NCBI GenBank assembly: GCA_037917685.1
Contig: JAVCBU010000003.1
Coordinates: forward strand, 160,001 to 224,000
Source of the DNA: Thermoproteota archaeon
GTDB lineage: Archaea > Korarchaeota > Korarchaeia > Korarchaeales > JAOZGB01
DNA length: 64,000 nt
Direction: 5' to 3'
Part shown: positions 36,772-46,515 of the stretch, one piece after another
Numbering within the stretch: the stretch's first letter is position 1
Layout of the letters: every line of letters starts with the position of its first letter
Notes under the pieces: model-generated
The model's database searches: none
What the model saw: only the letters and a program-made list of their open reading frames with translations
Told to the model about the DNA's origin: nothing
Made by a program: the position numbers and the translations under genes

Positions 36772-38208
36772 TTAGCTCCAATCACCATTAAAGGTGTCTA
36801 TAATTTTTGAGACTACCTCTTTAGATTCCAGTACAACCCCTAACTCCCTATTTGAATCCATCGAGGTTGGTGTAAAGTTTGCAGATCCTACATATACCTT
36901 CATTCCGTCTATAACTATCATCTTAGCATGCATTGTTAGCCCCCTAGCCCACTTTACAAGCACTCCTGACTCCGAGAGCTCCCTGTAAGTATGAGTATTC
37001 GCATCGTTGTACTCCATTATGACCTTAACTGTTACTCCACTTCTTGCCTTCTGTTTGAGTATATTAATGAATTCGTTGTCGGTTATGTACTCAGCCTCTA
37101 TGAGTATGGTGTTTCTGGCCTCTGTTAGTAGAGAAATTAAGCCGTACCTCATGTTTCCCGGGGAGACAAGTATCTGGCTTACTGCTGGAGTGCTTTCCCC
37201 CTTCCAGTCGGCTAGAAAGACTTTCACCGCGTCCTGTACTGGGTCTCCCTTAACTATTGCCACGTATTCACGGTTGTGATGAAGTGATGAGTAAGCATAG
37301 TTTGCTGTACCCACCACTAAGGTCTCGCCATCTATTATTGCGAATTTTGCATGTACATTTGGATAGCGTGAAGAATCCCATTTCACATTCACACCTGAAG
37401 CTATCAGCCTATAGTAGGCTTCAACATTTATATCCGGGGCACCATAGGGGCTTCTCTCAAGAATTACTCTAACATCCACACCTCTCCTGGCAGAGCTTTC
37501 AAAGATAGAAATTATCTCATCGTTAGTGAGTATATATACCTCAACCCATAGAGACTTCCTTGCCGATCCCAAAATGTTGAGGAATATGTGAGACTCCTCC
37601 GGGAGCATCAGTACACTTTCTGTCTGAGCAGCCTCGTTCATCGCCAGAACTTTTACCTCGGACTCTTCAACAACCATGTCATCATTCGAGTCCTCCCACT
37701 TTAAAACTACGTATCCCGAGACCAGCTGAGAAGCTGAAGACTTCAAGTATAGACAGGCAGCCCTAGTTCCATATCTCGTGCATCCTGCAACAAGCAAGAG
37801 GTTATCTCTTACTGCTATAACTGCGACATCCTCGCCAAGTGTGTAGTTAGCCTTGTAGGTGACAGCTCCGACTTGAACATAGTTCGTATCTCCCCTTCTC
37901 CAAAACCTTATCCCATAGAACCTTGGTTCAAACCTTAAAGCAGCCATGTTTGCAAGAGGCCCCCCTACAATAACTGTAGGCTTACCCTCCTCAGCTTCCT
38001 CTATCCATCGGTCGCTGTCGCATCTAATATATCCGTCAAATAGCTCGGTAACTATGCTAGCAGATATGTAGTCGTCGACATACCCTGGAGCCATAGACCC
38101 AACTATGACATTTGCATTTCTAAACCTAGCTGCCACCGGCTGAAACTGGGCTAGCAGGACAATTACCAGAAGGGGTAAAGATAACCTCATCTTCAGCAAT
38201 CCTACCAA
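36772..38208 (-). CDS. Secreted phospholipase D/nuclease-family protein with N-terminal S-layer-like domain
   Basis: Two HKD motifs (HAKFAIID, HAKMIVID), GTAN/GSAN, NRE; N-terminal IVGGPLAN...AGCTRYGTRAA. Confidence 0.9.
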   Translation of the reverse strand: MVGLLKMRLSLPLLVIVLLAQFQPVAARFRNANVIVGSMAPGYVDDYISASIVTELFDGYIRCDSDRWIEEAEEGKPTVIVGGPLANMAALRFEPRFYGIRFWRRGDTNYVQVGAVTYKANYTLGEDVAVIAVRDNLLLVAGCTRYGTRAACLYLKSSASQLVSGYVVLKWEDSNDDMVVEESEVKVLAMNEAAQTESVLMLPEESHIFLNILGSARKSLWVEVYILTNDEIISIFESSARRGVDVRVILERSPYGAPDINVEAYYRLIASGVNVKWDSSRYPNVHAKFAIIDGETLVVGTANYAYSSLHHNREYVAIVKGDPVQDAVKVFLADWKGESTPAVSQILVSPGNMRYGLISLLTEARNTILIEAEYITDNEFINILKQKARSGVTVKVIMEYNDANTHTYRELSESGVLVKWARGLTMHAKMIVIDGMKVYVGSANFTPTSMDSNRELGVVLESKEVVSKIIDTFNGDWS

Positions 38209-38328
38209 TGAAATTAAAGGTTTTAACCATTTCTATATGTGTGCCCGCCTTTACTATTATTGATGGTAAAGGCATAAGACTGCATTCTCAACGTAATGTT
38301 TTAATGCCTCCCTCCATTATAAACCAAT

Positions 38329-38760
38329 ATGCTTCCTAATAAGTTATCCTACACTGTAAGTGTAGAATGGGACGGGGAAACAGGCGGATATGCCAGGCTT
38401 GGCAAGGGGAAAGAAGTAAGAGTAGATACTCCACCTGAGTTTCAGGGGAGGGGAGTAGGATACTGTCCAGATGAGCTGTTTGTCAGCTCAATAGCCTCCT
38501 GTGTTCTAACCACCTTTCTATATTTCAAGAATAAGCTTAAGCTAGAGCTCAAAGGTCTAAGCGTAAAGGCATATATGAAAGTTGTAAGGGAGGAAACAGG
38601 TTATTGGATAAGAGGGTTGGAGATTAAGGTAACAGGTAGCGTGGAGAAGGAGGAGAGGGAGAAGTTCATGAAGTGTTTGCAACTGGCAAAGAAGTACTGC
38701 CACATCACTAGGGCCCTATCGGACGTCGGTCTACAAATAACCGGGGAGATTAAAGAGTAA
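38329..38760 (+). CDS. OsmC-family protein
   Basis: PPEFQG..CPDELFVSSIASC...AKKYCHI. Confidence 0.9.
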   Translation: MLPNKLSYTVSVEWDGETGGYARLGKGKEVRVDTPPEFQGRGVGYCPDELFVSSIASCVLTTFLYFKNKLKLELKGLSVKAYMKVVREETGYWIRGLEIKVTGSVEKEEREKFMKCLQLAKKYCHITRALSDVGLQITGEIKE

Positions 38761-38880
38761 GCGCGCTTGAAACTGGATAGGGATAGGGTAAATAATGGCA
38801 GTAGGCGTTATTAATAGTAAACCCAGCCCTAACATCAAAAAGTAGGGCTTGGGTTTTTGATGTGCTGCTTGGTTGGCGTT

Positions 38881-40137
38881 TTAAGCTGGGTGTTTTACCA
38901 GTCTCCTGTAGCCTAGCACACCTATTAGGTAGGCTACCGCTGCCCCTGCCACTACTGGGGGGAGTGATGGGAGTATCTCCTGTACACTGGCCCCAAATAC
39001 GACGGCTTCCCTTACGGATTCTATAGCCTTTGTGAGGGGGAAGAGTCTTGCGATGATTCTTAGGCTCTTCGGAAGGATAAACTCTGGGATTATGAGTCCT
39101 GTGAAGAACATTAGAGGCCACGTGATCACGGTGGCTATTCCGCTGGCTCCTTTAACTGTCTTGGCCACCATTGAGATGATAAGCCCGCAGCCAATCATCA
39201 TGATACCTCCTAGGAGCAGTATTAGAGCCGACAGCATGTGGGCCGGGTTCAAGGGGTTAAATGTTATGTCAGCGTTATGTACTAGTACTCCGTAGACTAT
39301 GCATGAGGCTGCGGAGATCAGTAGGGAAACTATTTCGGCCAGGGTTTTTCCAATGAGCACTTCCCATGGGCTGACGGGCGCGGAGAGGAGCCTTGCAAGT
39401 GTACTTTTCTCTTTCTCTGCTATGATCGCTGTTGAGGCTCCAATCATGCCTGAGAACATGAACTGCACGCCGATCATTCCAATGGTGTACCATCCTATGA
39501 TCTTCTCCCTTGTGGCCAGTGATTCAGGCACAATCTCCTCTATCACGTATTTAATTGGCTTGGCGATACCCTCCAAGTACTCCTTTATCTGTGCAACTTC
39601 CACTTCCTCTTCGGATACGTAGTTTTTCATCTCTTGCATTGCAATTTTAATCCTATACTTGCTGACGTCTTCATTTATTGCCGTTAGGAATCCGTCTATT
39701 ATGCTTTTTACGACCTGCTTCTTGTTGATGTCTCCTGCAGCTATGTACACCTTAACGGTTGCTGAGAGGCCTCTAGTCATGTTTGCTGTGAAGCCTTCTG
39801 GGAAGATAAGTCCAAGGTCAGCCTTACCGCTTTCGACTTCTGACAATACCTCGTCGCTACTGTTTAGAATCCTAACCTTGAAGAGGGGTTCCCCTCCAAT
39901 GCTCGCCAGCTCCATGACCCTCCTGACAAGTCCAGGGCCGAGCTCACCGCTGAATCCCTCCTCTGAGAACATCACAGCGTTAAAGGTCATTGGTTTACCG
40001 TCTTTCGGTATCCATAGGACTGTGGATAGCGTTATGAACATCAGTGGGAACACTATAACCCAGAACACTGTCATCTTATCTCTAAAGGTGTGCCTTAAAT
40101 CCTTCAGGGCTATACCGAGAACTGCTCTTAGCCTCAT
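38881..40137 (-). CDS. ABC-2 type exporter permease
   Basis: EKEKSTLARLLSAPVS..EVLIGK; six TMs. Confidence 0.9.
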   Translation of the reverse strand: MRLRAVLGIALKDLRHTFRDKMTVFWVIVFPLMFITLSTVLWIPKDGKPMTFNAVMFSEEGFSGELGPGLVRRVMELASIGGEPLFKVRILNSSDEVLSEVESGKADLGLIFPEGFTANMTRGLSATVKVYIAAGDINKKQVVKSIIDGFLTAINEDVSKYRIKIAMQEMKNYVSEEEVEVAQIKEYLEGIAKPIKYVIEEIVPESLATREKIIGWYTIGMIGVQFMFSGMIGASTAIIAEKEKSTLARLLSAPVSPWEVLIGKTLAEIVSLLISAASCIVYGVLVHNADITFNPLNPAHMLSALILLLGGIMMIGCGLIISMVAKTVKGASGIATVITWPLMFFTGLIIPEFILPKSLRIIARLFPLTKAIESVREAVVFGASVQEILPSLPPVVAGAAVAYLIGVLGYRRLVKHPA

Positions 40138-41060
40138 TCTCTCAACCTCCTACCTGTTAGCTTTATGAAAACGTCCTCAAGGGTTGGCTCCGTGATATTA
40201 ACGCTTAAAACACGGGAGCCTGAGTCTAGAACAGACTCTACAACCCTCGGAAGTATAGGGTCGGGATCCCTGGTATAAAGCCTTATGACATCATCCTCTA
40301 CCATGGGCTCCTCCTCAGAGTATTGCTTCAAAGCATCCAGCAAGCTTTCAGACCGGGCTACAACCTTAAGCTCTATAACAGATAGGTCTCCGAGTCTTCT
40401 CTTAAGCTCGTCGGGGGAGTCCATGGCGATTATTCTGCCCCTGTCCATGATGGCAACCCTGTTGCATAGGTAGTCGGCCTCCTCCATGTAGTGGGTGGCG
40501 ATCAGTATAGCTCTCCCCTCACTTCTTAGTCCCTTAATCAAGTCCCACATCTCCCTCCTTATAGCCGGGTCAAGCCCTGTGGTTGGCTCGTCGAGAATCA
40601 CGATTTTGGGCTCGTTAATCAGGGATGCCGCGAGGTTAAGCCTTTTCTTCATCCCGCCAGAGAACTTTTTAACCCTGATGTCTGCCTTGTTTTTGAGGCC
40701 TATAAGCTCTAGAAGCCTTGCAGCCCTCTTCTTAGCCTCCCCACCCGGGATGTCGTAGAGGGAGGCGTAGAACATGAGATTCTCCCATGCCGAGTGGTCA
40801 TCATAGACAATACTCTCCTGGGGGCAGTAACCTATGAGACGCCTAGCCTCAATACTTCTAGGATTATAGCCGCCGACCCTAACCATGCCCTTGGACTCTT
40901 CCAGTATCCCTGACAGGATGCGTAGAAGCGTGGTTTTACCAGCTCCGTTTGGCCCTAGGATACCGAATATCTCTCCATACCTGACTTTGAAGCTGACCCT
41001 ATCAAGAGCCTTAAAACCATTGTAAAACATGGTCAGCTCTGAAACCTCCACCGCGTACAT
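40134..41060 (-). CDS. ABC exporter ATP-binding subunit
   Basis: GPNGAGKTT, FSGGMKKR, ILDEPTTGLD, EPTLEDVF. Confidence 0.95.
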   Translation of the reverse strand: MYAVEVSELTMFYNGFKALDRVSFKVRYGEIFGILGPNGAGKTTLLRILSGILEESKGMVRVGGYNPRSIEARRLIGYCPQESIVYDDHSAWENLMFYASLYDIPGGEAKKRAARLLELIGLKNKADIRVKKFSGGMKKRLNLAASLINEPKIVILDEPTTGLDPAIRREMWDLIKGLRSEGRAILIATHYMEEADYLCNRVAIMDRGRIIAMDSPDELKRRLGDLSVIELKVVARSESLLDALKQYSEEEPMVEDDVIRLYTRDPDPILPRVVESVLDSGSRVLSVNITEPTLEDVFIKLTGRRLRE

Positions 41061-41189
41061 AGTACATCAGCAATATATAGTGATGTGCTCTAAATAATTG
41101 TACCAAATACTCTGTAATGCAGAGATACTTTGAAACCATGGAGGCTGAGTCTCCACGTTTAACGCGTAAATTGAAATGCCAGGCCTACG

Positions 41190-41897
41190 ATGGAAAACTC
41201 TAAAATATTCAGCCGGGACTTGTTGTCTGTGGAAACTGGGGACTCGGAGCTTGAAGATCTTAAACGGTTACTGGAGAGCCTCCGCTTCCTAGAGAGATAC
41301 CTCCTATTCATATCGATCAGGGAGGTCTCTCTCTACTATTTTGGCTGGGCGATAGCTGTGATAATCGGCGGCACTGCATCAGGCCTCATATGGGAGGCTT
41401 TTCAAGGTGGAACCATCACCACCGCGTCTATAACAATCTTATGGGTGTGTCTCGCCTTTATAGTCGGGTTCCTGTCACGCAGAGCCTTTAAACACCAGAA
41501 AATATACATACTGTCAAGGCTACCACGGGAGAAGAGAGACCAGTATTCTCTAAGGTTTAAAAAGATAAGCCGTAAAATCGGACTTGCATGGGCATCGCTA
41601 TCTATAGCTCTATACCTAATCGGCATCCCCCTACTTTCAAGGATGATTCCCATTGAAAGAGCTACCAGCTTTGTAATACTTGCATTTGTCGCATTGGGAA
41701 ACATAGCAACATACTATTATAACCGGAAAGAAAAGATTCCCCTGCTTGTCGGAATAGCTCTCCTAGCAGGTAGCCCTGCTATATTCGTATTGAGCTTGGG
41801 CTATGTGTACCTGTATATGACGCTTCTAATATTCGTTGTATACATGCTTGCAGGAATAGCGTATCTGAACAAGGCAGACAAGGTACTGGGGTTCTAG
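41190..41897 (+). CDS. Multi-pass membrane protein, co-transcribed with a wHTH regulator
   Basis: About six hydrophobic segments; 1-nt gap to the next gene. Confidence 0.7.
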   Translation: MENSKIFSRDLLSVETGDSELEDLKRLLESLRFLERYLLFISIREVSLYYFGWAIAVIIGGTASGLIWEAFQGGTITTASITILWVCLAFIVGFLSRRAFKHQKIYILSRLPREKRDQYSLRFKKISRKIGLAWASLSIALYLIGIPLLSRMIPIERATSFVILAFVALGNIATYYYNRKEKIPLLVGIALLAGSPAIFVLSLGYVYLYMTLLIFVVYMLAGIAYLNKADKVLGF

Positions 41898-41898
41898 G

Positions 41899-42225
41899 TT
41901 GGAAGCCATCAGAAAGCTTGCAGAAGCTTCGAAAGCAAACCCCTTGTTAGCTCAGCCCACCAGGCTGTCAATAATGCTCATTCTACTTGTTAAGGGAAGC
42001 GCTCCTTTCACGGAGCTCCAGAAAATCCTAAACTTGACACCTGGAAACCTTGGAAGCCACATAGAAAGACTTGAAAAGGAAGGATACGTTATTCGGAGGA
42101 AGGGCTTCAGACTATTCAGATACATAACCTACATAAATATAACCGAGAAGGGGGCTGTGGAAACGCTGAGCTTCATCTCAGACTTGAAGAATGCTATTGA
42201 AAGCCTCCCCCTAAAACTGAAATGA
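41899..42225 (+). CDS. Winged-helix transcriptional regulator (ArsR/MarR-like)
   Basis: PTRLSIM...FTELQKILNLTPGNLGSHIERLE..GY...ITEKG. Confidence 0.9.
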   Translation: MEAIRKLAEASKANPLLAQPTRLSIMLILLVKGSAPFTELQKILNLTPGNLGSHIERLEKEGYVIRRKGFRLFRYITYINITEKGAVETLSFISDLKNAIESLPLKLK

Positions 42226-42251
42226 TCATGTCGGTATCAACACCATTAACA

Positions 42252-42273
42252 TTTTGTGTTATTGCAAAATATT
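42252..42273 (+). promoter_or_regulatory. Palindromic operator, site 1
   Basis: ttttgtgttattgcaaaatatt, identical to 42593-42614; abuts a TATA-like tract. Confidence 0.65.
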
Positions 42274-42309
42274 TTTATCCCGAGAGAGGCATAATCTATA
42301 TGATCATAA

Positions 42310-42471
42310 ATGTGCAGGTGGAGGGGCTACAGAGGTTGGAGATGCTGGTATACGCCTTGGCTGTTTAAACCATGCTGGTTGCCTTTCTACATATCTCCTT
42401 CATATTACGTTTATCCAAGGCTCGGATATATATGGCCGCCCGGCTGGAGGTGGTTAGTGTGGAACTTATGA
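42310..42471 (+). CDS. Unannotated 53-aa Trp/Arg/Pro/Tyr-rich peptide
   Basis: MCRWRGYRGWRCWYTPWLFKPCWLPFYISPSYYVYPRLGYIWPPGWRWLVWNL*; offset from site 1 (58 nt) matches that of the NifB/X gene from site 2 (56 nt). Confidence 0.5.
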   Translation: MCRWRGYRGWRCWYTPWLFKPCWLPFYISPSYYVYPRLGYIWPPGWRWLVWNL

Positions 42472-42592
42472 TTACACGGCTGTTCTATTGGTCTAATGTC
42501 ACCTATATAATCATCCTGCATCTGATAGCTTAATTAGAATTGTCTCCGGTCATATGATTTGCGGATTTCGGTGTGGATCAGCTCCAAATATG

Positions 42593-42614
42593 TTTTGTGT
42601 TATTGCAAAATATT
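42593..42614 (+). promoter_or_regulatory. Palindromic operator, site 2
   Basis: ttttgtgttattgcaaaatatt directly before the TATA of the NifB/NifX gene. Confidence 0.65.
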
Positions 42615-42648
42615 ATATTTTCCCTATACCATCTGATATTGGAGGGAG

Positions 42649-42987
42649 ATGGTTAGGATAGCGGTGGCCTGTAAAGGCACCAAGGGTTTAAATGATAATG
42701 TCCACGAGACCTTTGCACATGCCCCCTACTTCCTCATTTTAGACATTAAAGATGGAGAAATTGTTAAGACGAAGACCATGGAAAACAGCTTCCTAAAGTA
42801 TGAGTATGGGGTCGGACCAGCTGTATCTATTAAGCTAGTGGAGATGGGTATCAACGTTGTCGTAGGCTCAGAATTCGGGCCAGGCGTTAAAAACATACTT
42901 CAGAAAGAGTCAATAACCATGGTCGAAGTAGAAGAGGGTACCACGGTCAAAGATGCCGTTAAGAAAGCTTTAAAACAGTTAATATAG
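42649..42987 (+). CDS. NifB/NifX-family protein
   Basis: RIAVA...FAHAPYF...GVGP...EFGP. Confidence 0.85.
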   Translation: MVRIAVACKGTKGLNDNVHETFAHAPYFLILDIKDGEIVKTKTMENSFLKYEYGVGPAVSIKLVEMGINVVVGSEFGPGVKNILQKESITMVEVEEGTTVKDAVKKALKQLI

Positions 42988-43078
42988 CTGTGTAGTCAGC
43001 AATCCCTAGCCAAGCCCGAAACCTATCCTCTCCGATTAAATTATTTTATTTTAAGTATCAATGTAGCATGATTTTACA

Positions 43079-45412
43079 TTGATACTTAAACGCTTTAGTA
43101 TGGCGGAGAGGAACCTTGCTCTTATGGTTCTCTCTGTCTCTTTTACACCTTTATCCACCATCGGCCTCCTAATGTTTAGAAGAAGTCGCAGTAGGCCTGG
43201 AAAAGCGTTATACCTCCTCATGTTTCTGGCAGGTCTGCCAATTGGTGTGTTCTGGTTTCTTAAAGTGGGTTGGATTCTCGGCCTGCCTACACTATATTGT
43301 TCAATTCTCATATCCTCGTACACGAGGAGAGAGCACGGAGCTGCCGCTGAAGCTGAGGTAGAGACTGGTTTAAGGAGGATAATGCTTCTTCCCTTTGACT
43401 ATTGCCTTAAAACAGCAAGTCTTGTTATGGACTATCCCCTGTCACTTGTCTGGTCAATGCTTACTTTTGGGTTTCTCTGGCCTGCCTCGAGCCTTGTCCT
43501 TCGAAGAAGCCGAAAACCCAGCTTAAAGGTAAGGATGGTATCATTCCTATCCTTCATTGGCATCGTACTGGGCCTCCCGGTTGGAATATTATGGTTCTTG
43601 AGGGTTGGCTGGCTGTTATCCCTGGCCACTTTACCTGTTTTCTCCTCAATCTCCTCTATTTGGAGATATAGGCGGTCACGCCCTCGCGTAGAATTAGAGA
43701 GAGTAGAAGCTCCTGCTAGACGTGAAGTCGAACTTAAGCTGGAAATCCCATCCTACCCTTGTAAAACCATATTCTATCTCCTTTTTAGCTTGCATATCTT
43801 GATTCTTACACTTGTTCAAATGGGGACTTCCGGTTTCCTGAATCCAGATAACGCTTATCACGTGTTAATAGGCAAGATGATAGGAGAGAGGGGGTATTTC
43901 CTTTGGGATTGGGTTCAGTTTGCCCCTGCTGGAAGACCTCACTTGTACCCTCCCCTCTTCCATACCATTATAGCAATTGTTGGGAGAGCATTAGGAGGAT
44001 CCCCGTGGGGATACATATATGGCAACCTGGTTGCTAGTCTTCTAATTCTGATACTTGGATTGTACTCGGCATGGTATGTTGGACGTAAGCTTTACGGAGA
44101 GGTCGGCGGACTGGTTCTCTTCATCCTCGTTTCAGGGATAGGCCTGTTGACATTGTCCATGGCTATAGGCCTCCCCTCAGCTCTTGTCTTTATACTAGCG
44201 CCTCTGTCAGCTCTCTGGATGCTTGAAGGTAAGGATTTCTACTCAATCTTGTCGGCTACAGCATCCATGTACAGCCATGTATCAGGATTAGCCATACCAA
44301 CCATAACCCTAATTGTAAGCGGGTTTCTGTCGGGTAGGCTCAGGAAGGCGTTGAAGATAGTGTTTCTTTCCCTAGCCGCCTATGCGCCTTGGCTTATAAG
44401 ACTAATCATATTCAGAGAGTGGTTTTCGGTTCCAGAGCATGACATACACATAGAGTGGAACTACTACCTTACCGCGCTTACCATACCTGGAGTGGCAATT
44501 TCGTTAAGAACTCCAAGAAGGTATCCCGTGCAGCTTGGCTATCTGTCATCATTGATACCCGTCTTCCTAACATATCCTGGTAGGGCCATACTTCAAGGAA
44601 GCTATGCCTACAGCCTGTTTGCCACACTAACAATCATAACATTGATTAAACTGCTCAAGAAACATAGAAAGAAGATACTGTCAACAATCTTACTTATAAC
44701 CTACCTGTTCCCCCTAGGAATCTCAACACCCGCCTTCGAAATATACCTGCTCACCCATCCTAAGACCCTTTCAAAGTCAGACTGGAGGGAGGCTGAGGTG
44801 GTAGCATTGGCACTTCAAAACATAACAAGGCAAGGGGAGGTGGTGCATTTTGAAAAGCCTTACTTCGGCTGTGCCGTTGCAGTATTCGCAAATATAAGGT
44901 TGGACTCAGGGGCGTGGGGCGAAGTTGCCCCGAAAAACACGGGCGCTATTATAGGTGAGAATGTCCTGACAATTGTAGCCAAACTCGACGTTGAAATTCC
45001 CCGTTTCTTTCAAGACTTCTTCGTTGCAAGCTATGCCTCCGGTGACTATTGGATAATAAGGTTAAACCCTGAAGGCTCTATAAACTTGTCAGAGGCGCTT
45101 CCCATGATCATCGATTCATGCAGAACCGCGGCCCAGCTGCTTAAATCAAACCATACCCTCGCAGTTGTAGAGCTTAAAAAGCTTGAATTAGCATTCGCAT
45201 CCCTTTCCCTATACTATGTAAAGAGAGATCCGAATCTTTCAAGGACACTTTCAGAGATATCTCAGGGGATATCATGGCTAATACTAATACTCACGGAAGA
45301 CTGGGCGGAGGACTTGAGAACCCCGGAGAAAATAGGAGAGTTCGCTACAATGTTAAACCAGCTCGCAGACAATGTCGAAGTTAGATATAGAGAGCTGCAG
45401 GTGAATCCATAG
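43079..45412 (+). CDS. Polytopic membrane protein, GT-C (STT3/PMT-like) glycosyltransferase fold with duplicated N-terminal TM module
   Basis: NPDNAYH...WD...APAGRPHLYPPLFH loop after a TM; many TMs; probable start at MAERN. Confidence 0.6.
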   Translation: MILKRFSMAERNLALMVLSVSFTPLSTIGLLMFRRSRSRPGKALYLLMFLAGLPIGVFWFLKVGWILGLPTLYCSILISSYTRREHGAAAEAEVETGLRRIMLLPFDYCLKTASLVMDYPLSLVWSMLTFGFLWPASSLVLRRSRKPSLKVRMVSFLSFIGIVLGLPVGILWFLRVGWLLSLATLPVFSSISSIWRYRRSRPRVELERVEAPARREVELKLEIPSYPCKTIFYLLFSLHILILTLVQMGTSGFLNPDNAYHVLIGKMIGERGYFLWDWVQFAPAGRPHLYPPLFHTIIAIVGRALGGSPWGYIYGNLVASLLILILGLYSAWYVGRKLYGEVGGLVLFILVSGIGLLTLSMAIGLPSALVFILAPLSALWMLEGKDFYSILSATASMYSHVSGLAIPTITLIVSGFLSGRLRKALKIVFLSLAAYAPWLIRLIIFREWFSVPEHDIHIEWNYYLTALTIPGVAISLRTPRRYPVQLGYLSSLIPVFLTYPGRAILQGSYAYSLFATLTIITLIKLLKKHRKKILSTILLITYLFPLGISTPAFEIYLLTHPKTLSKSDWREAEVVALALQNITRQGEVVHFEKPYFGCAVAVFANIRLDSGAWGEVAPKNTGAIIGENVLTIVAKLDVEIPRFFQDFFVASYASGDYWIIRLNPEGSINLSEALPMIIDSCRTAAQLLKSNHTLAVVELKKLELAFASLSLYYVKRDPNLSRTLSEISQGISWLILILTEDWAEDLRTPEKIGEFATMLNQLADNVEVRYRELQVNP

Positions 45413-45499
45413 TTAAATAGGGGCCTGCACCGTTTAAGATCTTCTATAGTTTCCATCCACATTTTAGTAGCCTTGAAGCCTCTTCTACGGCTAAGTCTA

Positions 45500-45575
45500 T
45501 GTTCCATTATCTTAGCTGTAACGAGCTGCACGGCGTCCTCAAAGTCTAAACCATATTTCCAACAGGTCTCCCCTA
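45500..45575 (-). pseudogene. PIN-domain C-terminal remnant
   Basis: GETCWKYGLDFEDAVQLVTAK. Confidence 0.5.
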
Positions 45576-45764
45576 TTTGAGTGTTCGAGTGCTAAGCCCT
45601 TATCCTCTCATAATTTCCCTCTCGAATTGTACTGTTCTCGAGTTTAAACGTACTGCTGAGAGTTTGTGTAGCATTCCGCCCTAGCACTTAATATGCCAGC
45701 TGATTCGCCTTTTCGGTGATGTGACGATGTAAGGTCTACGATGGGTAAGTCTTCTCCTACGTGT

Positions 45765-46007
45765 TTAGGAGACTACAGGGATCTTCGCCTTTCTCAACAG
45801 TTTCCTGAACACGTCTATAGGCATCCCAGCTATCTTCGACGACAATCTTATGTCTCCGGTTTCCACGTAGTATTTTAGGGCTGCTCTGGCTTTTGGAGGC
45901 TGCTTTTCGATGAATTCCCAGTCAGCCTCCTCCCTCCTAATCCTCCTAGCCTCCTCCTCAAGCCTCACCCACCAATCAAGTTTCTTCTTATATTCTTCTG
46001 ATCGCAT
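45765..46007 (-). CDS. Small HTH antitoxin-like protein, copy B
   Basis: MRSEEYKKKLDWWVRLEEEARRIRREEADWEFIEKQPP...GDIRLSSKIAGMPIDVFRKLLRKAKIP; overlaps the PIN stop. Confidence 0.65.
   Translation of the reverse strand: MRSEEYKKKLDWWVRLEEEARRIRREEADWEFIEKQPPKARAALKYYVETGDIRLSSKIAGMPIDVFRKLLRKAKIPVVS
45853..45979 (+). repeat. 127-bp exact direct repeat, copy 1
   Basis: Identical to 46604-46730. Confidence 0.95.
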
Positions 46008-46512
46008 CTTCAAACTCACCTCTTGGGAATCTGTGTCCTGTCTCCCTTTCATACTCATAGAATATTGCAGCTGGATCTTTAAATGCTACTAGCCTTCTCC
46101 TCAAAATCTCAGATATGATTTCCAGAGCCCTCCAGACTCTCACATGACTGTACTCTTCCAGTAGGCTTGCAGCCATTAGGGCACCCCTATTCTCGGTTAA
46201 CACCGTATATCCCCTCCTCCTACCAGCTGCAAGGCACATCGCTTCTGGCATGTCAACCCCCCTGATGAATGGGGTAAGCCTCGTCCTTTCCACTATAGAT
46301 CTTGCCTCTTCGATTATGTCTGGTGTCTCTGTGAAGAGTGAGAGACTCCCAGCAGCCATAGAGCTTGCTATCCATTCAATTACGTTCCCGCTTTCTACTT
46401 CCCTAAGAACCCTTTCAGGCACGAAGACGGTAGTAAATAGTTTTAGAAGGAGGTCTCTCCTCCTCCATGAGGACCAGTCGATTAGGAAGCATGTATCTGC
46501 TATCGCAAACAC
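45988..46512 (-). CDS. PIN-domain toxin-like protein
   Basis: AIADTCFLID, VPERVLRE, DMPEAMCL, VLTEN. Confidence 0.8.
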   Translation of the reverse strand: MFAIADTCFLIDWSSWRRRDLLLKLFTTVFVPERVLREVESGNVIEWIASSMAAGSLSLFTETPDIIEEARSIVERTRLTPFIRGVDMPEAMCLAAGRRRGYTVLTENRGALMAASLLEEYSHVRVWRALEIISEILRRRLVAFKDPAAIFYEYERETGHRFPRGEFEDAIRRI

Positions 46513-46515
46513 GTG

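Noticed and set aside
42254-42457. Track ORF MCYCKIF... (67 aa)
   Set aside because: Starts inside the operator/TATA region; the 42310 frame fits promoter spacing better
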